A stretch of DNA of 57,716 nt, taken from positions 1 to 57,716 of IMG/VR virus record IMGVR_UViG_3300044759_000129; one strand, 5' to 3'. Origin of the DNA: a virus. Under the pieces are notes generated by a model, which was given only the letters and a program-made list of their open reading frames with translations, was not told the DNA's origin and did no database searches. Each line of letters opens with the position of its first letter. Within the stretch, counting starts at the first letter, position 1. Position numbers and translations under genes: made by a program. Below are positions 41,898 to 51,354 of this stretch, piece by piece.

Positions 41898-44800
41898 TCA
41901 CCGACCTATCCCTGCATATCCGCCAGAATAAGCCCCCTGGGCTTTTGACAGTCGGTTTCGCTCGATCAAATCGAGAATATCCGGCACGTAGTACCCTTGT
42001 CGGGTCCACTCACCAATGGCGAGTTCTCGTTCCGAAGGGGACAAGTCGGTCGCCCACGTTCGGTACGAGACCTGTTGGGGCGAAGGGAGCCGGGCCATGA
42101 GGGCGGTCATGGCCGGGTTGGTGGTGGCCGGCGGCGGCGTGCTGGTGGGTGCGGTGAAGCCGCCCCAGGTGAACGGTGGCGTCGGCGTGAACCCGGCCCC
42201 CGGGCTCCCGGGCGTCGGCTGGGGAGCCACGGCCGGGAGGCCGGCCATGGTGCGGGCCTGGGCCAGCGACAGCTGCCCGTAGCCGGGGACGTTGACCAGG
42301 TTCGGATTGGCGGTGGGTGTCCAGGTGGCCTGAGCCGGGAAGCCGGCGGTGTAGATGGTGGCGTTCGGCGGGCTGGTCGGCTGGGCGTGCTGCGGCTCGC
42401 GCGGCACCGGCTGCGGCGCCATGGGGTTCTGGGCCTGCTGGTTCGGCGCCTGCTGCTGCTGCTGCGGGGTGAGCGGCTGTTGTGGATTGGTCAGACTGTT
42501 CAGGTTGGCGGGGGCGGCCGGTGGCGGCGCCTGCTGCACCTGGGGCTGCTGGTTGGACGTGGGGGCGGAGAAGGCCGCGTCCTGCTCCTGCTGGGCGAAG
42601 AGCCGGGCCATGTGCTGGTTGTACTCGTCGCCGAAGCCGTAGTCGATGGGCGCGGCCGGGTTATTCGGGTTCTGGGCGGCTGGCACGATGGCCTCGCCCT
42701 GATGGACGATAGCGGGGCCGGTCTGCGGAACGTAATTGGTGCCAGTCGCGTATTCAGGCCAGCCGGTGCCCTGCGGCCAGGTACCGTAGCCCGGATTCGC
42801 CGTGGGGGAGCCGAAGTCGGCGTGCTGGCCGGTGACGGCGGGACTGTTCTCCCACGACAGCGGCTGGGCGGCACTCTGCGTCGGCTGGGCATAGTTCGGA
42901 TTGGTCCACTGCGGGATCGTAGGCTCCCCACGCAGATAGTCGAGCTGGGCCTGGGTGTGGCCGGTGCCCGGGCCGGTGTTGCGCTGGATGCCGGTGGTGG
43001 CGTTGGCCGAGGTCGGGGCCCCCGCCAGCGCGGCTTTGGCCGCGTCGACCGAGCTGCGCACCTTGGTCTGGATGTACTGCGTGGCGGGGGCGCCGCCGGC
43101 CTCGCCGGGGCGGATGTGGGCCCCCGCCACGTCGGCGTTGGCCCCGGTGCGGTAGACGCCGGGCGAGTCGGGCTGCCAGCTCGAGACGGCCGGCATGCCG
43201 TAGCCGCCGCTGTAGTACATGCTGTTCGGCTCGTAGCCCGGCATCCAGTTCGGGTTGCCGGTGGTGTTGCCGGGCTGGATGCCCCCGCCGTAGGGGGTAT
43301 ACGGGGTGTAGGGCTGCTGCCCGGTCGGCGGGGCTCCGGTGGGGGGCGGGGTCGTGCCGGTGGGCGGCGGTGGCGTGGTGACGGCGGGCTGCTGTTGCTG
43401 CGCCTGCTGCATCATCGCCATGACGTACTGCATCGCGTTCTGACCCTGCGGGCTCTGCTGCGCCTGCGGCGTCGGGAAGGACTGCAGGTAGGCCTGGTAC
43501 ATCTGCGCCACGATCGACGGGCCGCCGCTCTGGTAGGGGGCCGCGCCGATCTGGGGCACCGCCGGGATGGGGATGCCCATGAAATTGCCCGTCATGGCCG
43601 GCATCCCGGGGAGCCCGCTCAAGGTCGGCGCCTGGAAACTGCCACCGAACCCGCCGAAGCTCATGGCTTGCGACTGCTGCCCAGATGCGGGTGCAGCAGC
43701 AGGTGCGGGAGTCTGAGACGGACGGACCGAGCCGTCCGGCATCGTGACTGAGCCGTCGGCCTGAATGACCGGCTCCCCCCTGGCTGCTGCCGAGCCCTCC
43801 TGCACCCATTGGCCCTGCATATTCTGGACCTGATACTGCGGGGTATCGGAGATGAGCTGATCGTTCGGGTTCTGCGGCCCGGCCCAGTGCGGCACGGCGT
43901 AGGTGGAGCCGTCCGCTGCCCGGTAGTTCTTCTGCGTCGGCAGCATCCACTCGGTTCCAACCGGGTTGCCCAGCGCGTCGACATCACGAAAGTCCTGGTG
44001 GATCACGCCAGCCGCATCCATGTAGGAGCCGCCGGACTGCTTGATCGGCACCAGGTAGCGCTGCCCCTCCCGCTCATACATGCGGAGCCGCCGCCCGTCG
44101 GGGGCCATCACGTCCGTCGCCCCCTGCACCGGGAAGCCGCCGGCGGGGTCGTTCGCAATAAACATCCCCGCCGCCGCCATCTCCGGGATCTTGGCGATCT
44201 CCGCCTGAATGCGGGCTTTCTCGGTGGTGATCGCCTGATCCATCTGTTCCTGGGTCATATGGCCCCGTGCCACCATGCTCTGCCAGCGGGCCATGTTCTC
44301 ACCCAGCTGATCCTCGGCAAACTGGGCTGGGCGATTCGGGTCGCCGTAGACCTGGAGACCCAGCGCAGCGAAGTCGAGACGCCCATCCGCCCCGTACGGA
44401 CCGGGCTGCTGTGGGGGTGGGGGGCCGCCGGGCTGACCACCAGGCGCGGGGACGCCCTGCCCGACGTTGTCATTCCCGTACGGCGCCGCCGGCGGAACCT
44501 GGCCGGCGGCGGTCGTCCCACCACTCTGACCGGTGATCTGCTGGTAGATGGTGTTCCAGTCCAGGGCGCCGCCCTGCTGGGGGATATTCATGCCGCTCCA
44601 GGGGTTGCCGGCCGGGGACTGGAAGCCGCCGGCGGTCATCTGCTGCCAGGGGGTGTTGTTGAAGTTGAACCCCTGGAAGTTCTGGAAGCCGTTGTCGGCA
44701 AGAAAACTGTCGAGGGTGAGGGGTTCGGAGGGGCCGCCGACCTCGCCGGCGAGCTGGCCGGCACCGGGGGCGAGGGCCGCGAAGGGATTCTGGCCGCCCG

Positions 44801-46052
44801 CGCCCATCATGCGGCGCATCTCGACGGCTTTGGCCCAGTCGCGGGGGCCGGTGAGGGTCGACGCGATACGCTGCTGCTCGACCTGGGCGTTGAGCTGGGC
44901 GATGTCCCGTCGCGTTTGCTGGTCGCTGATGCCGAGCATGCGGTCGTTGGCCAACTTTTCTCGGGAGACGTTGATGCCCTCGATGCCGAGCAGGGTCTGC
45001 AGGGCCAGGTCCTGGGTGGCGATTTTGTCCTTGAGGCCGAGCTCTTCGCGGGCGATCATGTTCTGCTCGAGGCCGAGCGCCATGGCGTCGCGGGTCTTCT
45101 GCCAGCCCAATTCCAGGTTCCCTTCGCCCAGCTGCAATTCCACTTCGACGGCGCGCAGCGCCGCCTGGGCGCGGGCGGCGTCGGCGGCGGCCTGCTGGGA
45201 GAGGGCGGCGGCCTGGCCGGAGGCGACCTGCTGGTCGAGGGCGAGCTTGGCGCGCTGGATCTCGGCGGACAGGTTGGCCTGGTACAGGTCGATGCCGAGC
45301 CGGGCCATCTCGGCCTGGATCTGCGCCTGGCTCTTGAGGACGTCGTTCTGGCCGAGGTACATGCGCAGATCGTGGTCCTCCTCGGCGAGGGCCATCTGCG
45401 CCCAGCCGCGAGCGTCGTCGCCCATGCCAAGCTGGCGCGAGAGGTCGATGCGCTGCTGGTCGAGATACTGCTGGGTATCAATCTGGTTGGCGTTGAGGCC
45501 GAGCTGGGCCCACTGGTAGGGGGTGCCCTGCGACTGCATGGCGAATTGGGCCAGGTCCAACCCGTAGTTCTGCTGAAATTGGCCGCCCTGTTGACCGAGC
45601 TGGGCATAGTTGAACCCGAGATTGCCAGCCGCGATGTTGGCCTGGTTATTGAGGGTCGCCATGAACTGTTGCTGGTCCTGGTAGAGCTGCTGCTGGGACA
45701 GGCCAAGCTGGGCTTGCTGGTAGGCGGTCATGGCGGTGGACGGGTCGTAGGCGCCACCGGTGGCAGCGGAGTAGGCAGACTGGGAGGTGGACATGGAGGA
45801 GGACGGGTTACGCGCCGCAGCCCCGCCGTTTGCGCCCCGGGCGTTGAGGGCGGCCTGGGCGGCGGCGAGCTGCTGTTCCCGCCGGTCGATGGCATCGGCT
45901 GGACCGGTCGGCACGTCGACCTTCGGGCCATACGGATCGAAGGACGCGTTCGGGTCGTAGGCGCCGGTGTCCCAGGAGGAGCCGCCGGGCGAGGACGCGC
46001 CGCCGTAGGTCGGGTAGTAGTTGCCATCCTCGTCATACGGCATAGAAGTCAC
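41898..46052 (-). CDS. Large Q/G/P/A-rich protein with central coiled-coil (1384 aa), putative internal/ejection protein
   Basis: ORF track. GGAGGTGA SD before the ATG at 46043. Confidence 0.7.
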   Translation of the reverse strand: MTSMPYDEDGNYYPTYGGASSPGGSSWDTGAYDPNASFDPYGPKVDVPTGPADAIDRREQQLAAAQAALNARGANGGAAARNPSSSMSTSQSAYSAATGGAYDPSTAMTAYQQAQLGLSQQQLYQDQQQFMATLNNQANIAAGNLGFNYAQLGQQGGQFQQNYGLDLAQFAMQSQGTPYQWAQLGLNANQIDTQQYLDQQRIDLSRQLGMGDDARGWAQMALAEEDHDLRMYLGQNDVLKSQAQIQAEMARLGIDLYQANLSAEIQRAKLALDQQVASGQAAALSQQAAADAARAQAALRAVEVELQLGEGNLELGWQKTRDAMALGLEQNMIAREELGLKDKIATQDLALQTLLGIEGINVSREKLANDRMLGISDQQTRRDIAQLNAQVEQQRIASTLTGPRDWAKAVEMRRMMGAGGQNPFAALAPGAGQLAGEVGGPSEPLTLDSFLADNGFQNFQGFNFNNTPWQQMTAGGFQSPAGNPWSGMNIPQQGGALDWNTIYQQITGQSGGTTAAGQVPPAAPYGNDNVGQGVPAPGGQPGGPPPPQQPGPYGADGRLDFAALGLQVYGDPNRPAQFAEDQLGENMARWQSMVARGHMTQEQMDQAITTEKARIQAEIAKIPEMAAAGMFIANDPAGGFPVQGATDVMAPDGRRLRMYEREGQRYLVPIKQSGGSYMDAAGVIHQDFRDVDALGNPVGTEWMLPTQKNYRAADGSTYAVPHWAGPQNPNDQLISDTPQYQVQNMQGQWVQEGSAAARGEPVIQADGSVTMPDGSVRPSQTPAPAAAPASGQQSQAMSFGGFGGSFQAPTLSGLPGMPAMTGNFMGIPIPAVPQIGAAPYQSGGPSIVAQMYQAYLQSFPTPQAQQSPQGQNAMQYVMAMMQQAQQQQPAVTTPPPPTGTTPPPTGAPPTGQQPYTPYTPYGGGIQPGNTTGNPNWMPGYEPNSMYYSGGYGMPAVSSWQPDSPGVYRTGANADVAGAHIRPGEAGGAPATQYIQTKVRSSVDAAKAALAGAPTSANATTGIQRNTGPGTGHTQAQLDYLRGEPTIPQWTNPNYAQPTQSAAQPLSWENSPAVTGQHADFGSPTANPGYGTWPQGTGWPEYATGTNYVPQTGPAIVHQGEAIVPAAQNPNNPAAPIDYGFGDEYNQHMARLFAQQEQDAAFSAPTSNQQPQVQQAPPPAAPANLNSLTNPQQPLTPQQQQQAPNQQAQNPMAPQPVPREPQHAQPTSPPNATIYTAGFPAQATWTPTANPNLVNVPGYGQLSLAQARTMAGLPAVAPQPTPGSPGAGFTPTPPFTWGGFTAPTSTPPPATTNPAMTALMARLPSPQQVSYRTWATDLSPSERELAIGEWTRQGYYVPDILDLIERNRLSKAQGAYSGGYAGIGR

Positions 46053-47898
46053 CTCCGCCGTAGTCGTTCAGGTTGTATGGGTCGGCGTAGGGATCTTCCT
46101 CTTCTTCGTCCCAGGGCGATGCCAGGTCGTAGGTCAGGCCGAAGGGGCCGAAGGCGTAGTCGATCTCCTCGCGGAGCACGCGCTCCGGGTCAAGGGCCAC
46201 GTCGTCGCGGGCGGCGAGGCCGGCGATGACGTTGATGGCGAGCGGCACGAATTCGTCGGGGGCGGCGTCCAGCACCGGCTGGTAGTGGCGCATGTCGGCC
46301 TCGAGGTCGTAGTCGGCCATGGGGTTCGGGTTGGGGTCCAGCATGGGGCCGAGTTCGGGCTCGGGGAGCGGGGTGAGGTCCGGGGTGACCTGGTCCTCAT
46401 AGAGGTCGGCGTAGGGGTCGGGCTCCTGCATGAAGTCCTTGAGCCCCTGCCAGGACGGGTCGGAGAGCGGCGGTTGGCCGCCGGAGGTCGGTGCGGAGAA
46501 GCTGCCGGGGGTGGCGCCGGTGATGGCGGCGCGGGGGTCGAGGGGGGTGAAGCCCTCCTGGCCGGGCAGGTGCGAGGTGTCCGGCTGGGGGAAGAGCTCG
46601 CCGCGCAGGGCGGCGGCGAGGTTGGTCTGGTTCTCGGTCTGCTGGTCGCGGAGGGTGGTGGGCAAGGGCGCCGGTGGGGCGGGGCGCTCGGGCTCGCGGA
46701 GGGGACGCCAGTTGGGCTCCGGCATGGGGCCGAAGAGGCCCATGGTCTGCTCGTAGAACTCCTTCAGTTTGGCGGGGTCGGCGTTTGGGTGCTGCATCAT
46801 GGCGCGGAGGCCGGGCAGCTCGTGGCGGTAGGCCTGCGACTGGGCGGCCCGCTGGAAGGCCTGGAACCAGCCCTCGGGGAGGCTGTAGACCTTCTGCAAA
46901 TCTTTGGTGTAGTCCTCGTAGAGCTTGGCGGCGACCTGCATGGCGCGGTCCTCGCGTTTGGTGCCGCGCTCCATCTGAGCGGTGAACGCCGCCCGGTCCT
47001 GGGCGCCCTGCTCGCTGTTGTAGGCGGAGATGGCGGTCCGGAAGGAGGCGAGGTCCTCCTGGGCGAGGCCGGCGTGTTCGACGAACTGCTCCAGCCAGAC
47101 CTGTTCGTTCTTGTTGCTGTCGGCGACGAGCTGTTTGGCGACCTCGGCGGTCTTCTCGGCGTGGGTATTCCGCAGCGTGGTGATCTGGTCCATGATCTTG
47201 ACGCCCTGCTCGAGGGTGGTGTCGGCCGACTTGGCCTTGATCTCGAGGAGGCGGGCGTCGGCGACGGTGCGGGCGCGGTCGGCGTTGATCTGGGCGATCG
47301 CCTGGTTGGCCGTGGCCCGTCGCTCTTCGCGGACGAGGCCGATATTGGCCACGTCGCGCTGGGTCTGGCCCTGGGCCGCGATGTTGGTGGCGGTCGCGCT
47401 CCGGTTGAGGGCGGCCTGCTCGACCCGGGAGCGCTGATCGGGACTGATGGCATCCAGGTTGATGGGGGCGCCGTCGGGGTTGTTGGGGTTGACGTACAGG
47501 CCGGAGGGCTGGCCGTCGGGACCGAGGAGCGGCGTGAGCTGCTGGCGGACGGACGTGCCGCCGGTCGTGGTGATGCGCTTATCGATCTTGTCGAGCACGG
47601 TGTGATAGGCGTTCAGGTTACCGCGCCGGGTCGCCAGCTCGTCGGCCTGATCGGGATTGAGATTGGGCCGCCCACCCAGACGGGCAATGCGCTCGGTCTC
47701 CTGCTGGATGAGGTTCAGAATATTGATGCGGTGCCGCTCGGCCAGCTCGCGGTTCATGGCCTGGTACTGGTCGTCGGTAGGCGCGGTCACCCCGGCCGGG
47801 TTGCGCAGGTATTCGTCCAGGTTAAAGGGGGCGATGTTGTTCCGCTCGACGTCGGTGGGGTCGACACCCAGTTGCGAATAGGGGGCGCGAAAGGCCAT
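46033..47898 (-). CDS. Helical virion-internal-type protein (621 aa)
   Basis: ORF track; GGAGGGA SD. Confidence 0.65.
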   Translation of the reverse strand: MAFRAPYSQLGVDPTDVERNNIAPFNLDEYLRNPAGVTAPTDDQYQAMNRELAERHRINILNLIQQETERIARLGGRPNLNPDQADELATRRGNLNAYHTVLDKIDKRITTTGGTSVRQQLTPLLGPDGQPSGLYVNPNNPDGAPINLDAISPDQRSRVEQAALNRSATATNIAAQGQTQRDVANIGLVREERRATANQAIAQINADRARTVADARLLEIKAKSADTTLEQGVKIMDQITTLRNTHAEKTAEVAKQLVADSNKNEQVWLEQFVEHAGLAQEDLASFRTAISAYNSEQGAQDRAAFTAQMERGTKREDRAMQVAAKLYEDYTKDLQKVYSLPEGWFQAFQRAAQSQAYRHELPGLRAMMQHPNADPAKLKEFYEQTMGLFGPMPEPNWRPLREPERPAPPAPLPTTLRDQQTENQTNLAAALRGELFPQPDTSHLPGQEGFTPLDPRAAITGATPGSFSAPTSGGQPPLSDPSWQGLKDFMQEPDPYADLYEDQVTPDLTPLPEPELGPMLDPNPNPMADYDLEADMRHYQPVLDAAPDEFVPLAINVIAGLAARDDVALDPERVLREEIDYAFGPFGLTYDLASPWDEEEEDPYADPYNLNDYGGGDFYAV

Positions 47899-47901
47899 GG
47901 G

Positions 47902-48552
47902 CTACATCCCTCCGGGCGGGAGTGGCGGGGCGGGCATGGGCGGCGGTGGCCCCGGGGGCACCGGCTGCGGTGGGGCAATCTGGGGCATCGGCATGGGGGG
48001 TGGGGCGGCCATCCCCGGGACCATGGCCTGGGGCGGCATCGGCATGGGCATGGCGGGTGGGACCGGTGGCAGCGGCCCGGCGGTCGGCGCGGAGGTCGGG
48101 GCCAGGAACCCCCCCGGCCGGGGGGCTTCTTCTAAAGGAAGGAGGGGGGGTGCTGGGACGGGAGGGATGGCGATGTCCGGGTTGCGGTAGAGGCGTTCGG
48201 CCTGGTGGATCTGCTCGGCGAGGGTCATGGCCTCCTCGTAGGGGATGCCGCCCTCCAGCATGGTCATGAAGTCGTCCTTGACCACGGGGGAGAGGGTGGT
48301 GAGGTGGTCGAGGGCCAGGCGCAGGAAGTCGTCGGGCATCATGGCGTCCTTCAGCTTCTGGAGCTGGTCGGGCTTGGTGACCCAGACGTCCTGCAGGAAG
48401 CGGGGCAGCTCGGCCTCCGGGATCAGGGCGGCGCCGACGGAGAGGTCGCCGCCCTGGAGGTGGCGGGCCATGCGCTCGGTGTCGCGGTCGAGCTCGGCCT
48501 CCATGCGGGCGGCCATTCTTTCTATGAGTGGCTGGTGGTCCCGCTCAGGCAT
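47902..48552 (-). CDS. Hypothetical protein with Pro/Met-rich C-terminus (216 aa)
   Basis: AGGAGGG SD plus internal ATG at 48552 of ORF 47902..48723. Confidence 0.6.
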   Translation of the reverse strand: MPERDHQPLIERMAARMEAELDRDTERMARHLQGGDLSVGAALIPEAELPRFLQDVWVTKPDQLQKLKDAMMPDDFLRLALDHLTTLSPVVKDDFMTMLEGGIPYEEAMTLAEQIHQAERLYRNPDIAIPPVPAPPLLPLEEAPRPGGFLAPTSAPTAGPLPPVPPAMPMPMPPQAMVPGMAAPPPMPMPQIAPPQPVPPGPPPPMPAPPLPPGGM

Positions 48553-48649
48553 TGAACCCTCCTGAACGGCTATGCATGGTAAAATAGGTAACCCGGCAGG
48601 TGCTGCTAACACCCCCGGGCACGGCACCCAACCTTGTATGGAGGTCGAG

Positions 48650-49240
48650 ATGCACCCCAATCGTATCACGCGGATCTGTGAACACTGCGGATCTGAGTTC
48701 CACATCCAGGCCAACGTCCTCAAACGCCCTGGACGAGGAACGTTCTGCGGACGAAATTGCTACGCCCTCTCCAAGCAGTTCGACCCCCGTAGGGATTTCT
48801 GGCCCAGGGTTGATAGAAGCGGAGACTGCTGGCTCTGGCCGGGACGCCGCGACGCCAGCGGGTACGCTCGGGTTGAGGTCAAGGGCGAAAAAATCTTCGT
48901 GCATCGGTATGCCTGGGAACTCCACCATGGCCCCATTCCTGAGGGCCTGTTTGTCTGCCATACCTGTGATTGCCGAATCTGTGTAAATCCCGGACACCTG
49001 TGGCTCGGAACCGCCGCAGAGAACACGGCAGACATGGTGGCGAAGGGAAGGGGGACCAGGGGGGTTCAGTTCTACAACGCCAAATTGACGGACGACACGG
49101 TACGCGCCATCCGTGCCGAGTATCAGACGGGCAGCATCAGCCACAGAAAGTTGGCGCAGCGGTATGGCGTGTCCGAACCGGCGATCCAACACATGCTGAC
49201 TGGCAAAACCTGGCGTCATGTCACTGACCCAGATTCATAA
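48650..49240 (+). CDS. HNH homing-endonuclease-type protein with C-terminal HTH
   Basis: CWLWPGRRDASGYARV...HRYAWELHHGPIPEGLFVCHTCDCRICVNPGHLWLGTAAEN. Antisense to the late operon. Confidence 0.8.
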   Translation: MHPNRITRICEHCGSEFHIQANVLKRPGRGTFCGRNCYALSKQFDPRRDFWPRVDRSGDCWLWPGRRDASGYARVEVKGEKIFVHRYAWELHHGPIPEGLFVCHTCDCRICVNPGHLWLGTAAENTADMVAKGRGTRGVQFYNAKLTDDTVRAIRAEYQTGSISHRKLAQRYGVSEPAIQHMLTGKTWRHVTDPDS

Positions 49241-51290
49241 CGCCGGCCATGGCAGCCTGTTGTGGAACAATGGCGCCCGCCCCGATTCCCGCATTAGGCC
49301 CGATGCCAAATCCGTAGGGGTTGCCGTTCTGTGGGATAGCAGCGCCACCACCGGGAGCGGCGGTGAGGGCACCCTGGTCCGGCATGATGGGTGCGCCCGG
49401 GGCAGAACCCGGCGGGAGCGCCATGGGTGGTCCGAAGCCGCCGGGCATGCCGCCGTTCCGGGCCTGGGCCGCCATGCCAGCAAGCATCGGATCTTGACCA
49501 GGGAGCAAGCCGCTCTGGGCCGCCGCGTCGGCGGCGACTTTGAGGAGGTCGCCGCGCTGGAGGCGGCGGGTGAGGCGGTCGTCGACGGCCTTGGTGTACC
49601 AGGGCTCTTTGCGGATGCGGTCCATGGCCTTGCCCTCGCGGACCTCGTCCGGGTTGAAGCCGAGGTGGGCCATGGCCTGGTCCTCGGAGAGGAGGCCGGC
49701 GTTGACGAGCTCGATGACCCAGCGGGACTCGACGATCTTGGAGGTGGCGGGCTCGGGGTCGAGGGTCCAGCGGATGCCGACGGCCTGCTGCATATCGTCG
49801 GGGCCCATGCCGATCCACTGGGCCTCCGGGGTGGCGACGGCGCCGGGCGCGAGCGACCTTCTGACCCAGATGGTCTCCTTGACCTTGGTCTGGATCAGCT
49901 CCATGACGAAGTAGGTTTCCTGCATGAGGCACTGCTCGATGTTGTAGACGAAGGGGTGGAGCTGGAGCTTGGCCTCGGCGAGGTAGGACTGGATGGCGAA
50001 GCCGGCGCCGGCCAAGTCGCCGGCGCCGATGGGGCCGAGCTTGGCGGACATGCTGGCGGAGGCCAGCCAGTTACTGACCATGCCGTACATCTCCTGCAGG
50101 CCGTCTGGGATACCGGGGTGCTCGACCTGTTTCATGTCGTCCTCGGTGCCCATGGTGACGACGGAGGCGTAGGGGATGTCGTAGGAGGGGGCTTTGGCGG
50201 GGTCGCGGTCCTGGCCCTCCATGGACTCGGCGGGGACGGCCTCTTTGCGGGCGATGGGCATGGCGGCCTGCATGACGGCCATGTTGAGCATGGCGGTGGC
50301 GAGGAAGGACTGGAAGCGGGTCATGTCGAGCTTGTTACTGGCGACGGAGTAGCCGACCTTGCGGTCGTTCATGTAGTTGTGGAGGATGCCCGGCGCGAAG
50401 AAGTAGGGGACGCCGGGGTAGCCGTGCTCGATCTGCTTGACGAGCTTGCTGTGTTTCCCGGCATGCACCATGTACGAACACCAGCGGCTGTCCCAGTGCT
50501 CGACGAACTCGATGGTGCTGGGGTACTTCTGGCCCTCCTCCTCGGAGAGGGGGCGGCCGAGGCGTTCGCCGAAGCCGAGGTCGTCGGAGTAGTCGAGGTC
50601 GAGCTCGCGCAGCAGCGGGTAGGTCTGGCGGTGAGAAATTTCCATGATTTCCGCCAAATGATCCGCTTCCCACAATGGATAAACCGTTGCGGTATCTATA
50701 TGGATTCTGGCGAGGGGGACGCCGCGTCGGCGTTTCTCGGCGTCGACCTCCTCGTCGTCGACGTCGGGGTCGAGGCTTTTCTGGAAGACGGGCTCCCAGC
50801 GCTCGGCGTCGTAGACCCACTTGACCCAGCCGCCGCCCTCGACGCAGGCGTCGGTGAGGGCCATCTGGGCGTCCTGGCCGGGCACGCGCTGGGAGGCGGC
50901 TTTGAAGAGCTCCTCGAGGAAGTGTTCGAGGTCGGTGGTGTACTCCTGGCCGAGGTCGGCGGCCTGGTCGCCGGGCATGGCGGTGCAGGTGGGCCAGCGG
51001 AGGGTGAGGGTGGCGACGACGCGGGCAATCTCGTCTCGTACCACGGTCGACTGCATGGTTGTCTCTACGATCCGAAGCCACTCCGGAAGCGATGGCGGAT
51101 CCTCGAGGTCGCGGTTGCGGCGGAGGTCGTCGAGCTGCCCGTCCTGCTCGGTGTAGGCGGTTTCGAGGTGGGACTTGAGGCGGTCGAGGTACGCGGTGTC
51201 GGGGGCCCCGGCGACCTCCTGGGTGCGCAGTGCGACGGCCACAGCCCCACCTCTCGCGAACGGTTCAGGCCTAAACCATGATGGGGTCAT
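49221..51290 (-). CDS. Portal protein (putative; alternative GTG start at 51242)
   Basis: Size (689 aa) and position directly after TerL. Gly/Pro/Met-rich C-terminal tail. Confidence 0.6.
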   Translation of the reverse strand: MTPSWFRPEPFARGGAVAVALRTQEVAGAPDTAYLDRLKSHLETAYTEQDGQLDDLRRNRDLEDPPSLPEWLRIVETTMQSTVVRDEIARVVATLTLRWPTCTAMPGDQAADLGQEYTTDLEHFLEELFKAASQRVPGQDAQMALTDACVEGGGWVKWVYDAERWEPVFQKSLDPDVDDEEVDAEKRRRGVPLARIHIDTATVYPLWEADHLAEIMEISHRQTYPLLRELDLDYSDDLGFGERLGRPLSEEEGQKYPSTIEFVEHWDSRWCSYMVHAGKHSKLVKQIEHGYPGVPYFFAPGILHNYMNDRKVGYSVASNKLDMTRFQSFLATAMLNMAVMQAAMPIARKEAVPAESMEGQDRDPAKAPSYDIPYASVVTMGTEDDMKQVEHPGIPDGLQEMYGMVSNWLASASMSAKLGPIGAGDLAGAGFAIQSYLAEAKLQLHPFVYNIEQCLMQETYFVMELIQTKVKETIWVRRSLAPGAVATPEAQWIGMGPDDMQQAVGIRWTLDPEPATSKIVESRWVIELVNAGLLSEDQAMAHLGFNPDEVREGKAMDRIRKEPWYTKAVDDRLTRRLQRGDLLKVAADAAAQSGLLPGQDPMLAGMAAQARNGGMPGGFGPPMALPPGSAPGAPIMPDQGALTAAPGGGAAIPQNGNPYGFGIGPNAGIGAGAIVPQQAAMAGVMNLGQ

Positions 51291-51354
51291 GATACAGGGA
51301 ACCGGGGCGGCGGGGGTTTTCGGGGGGGGGCTGCTTCCTTTTAAATAACCCCTT

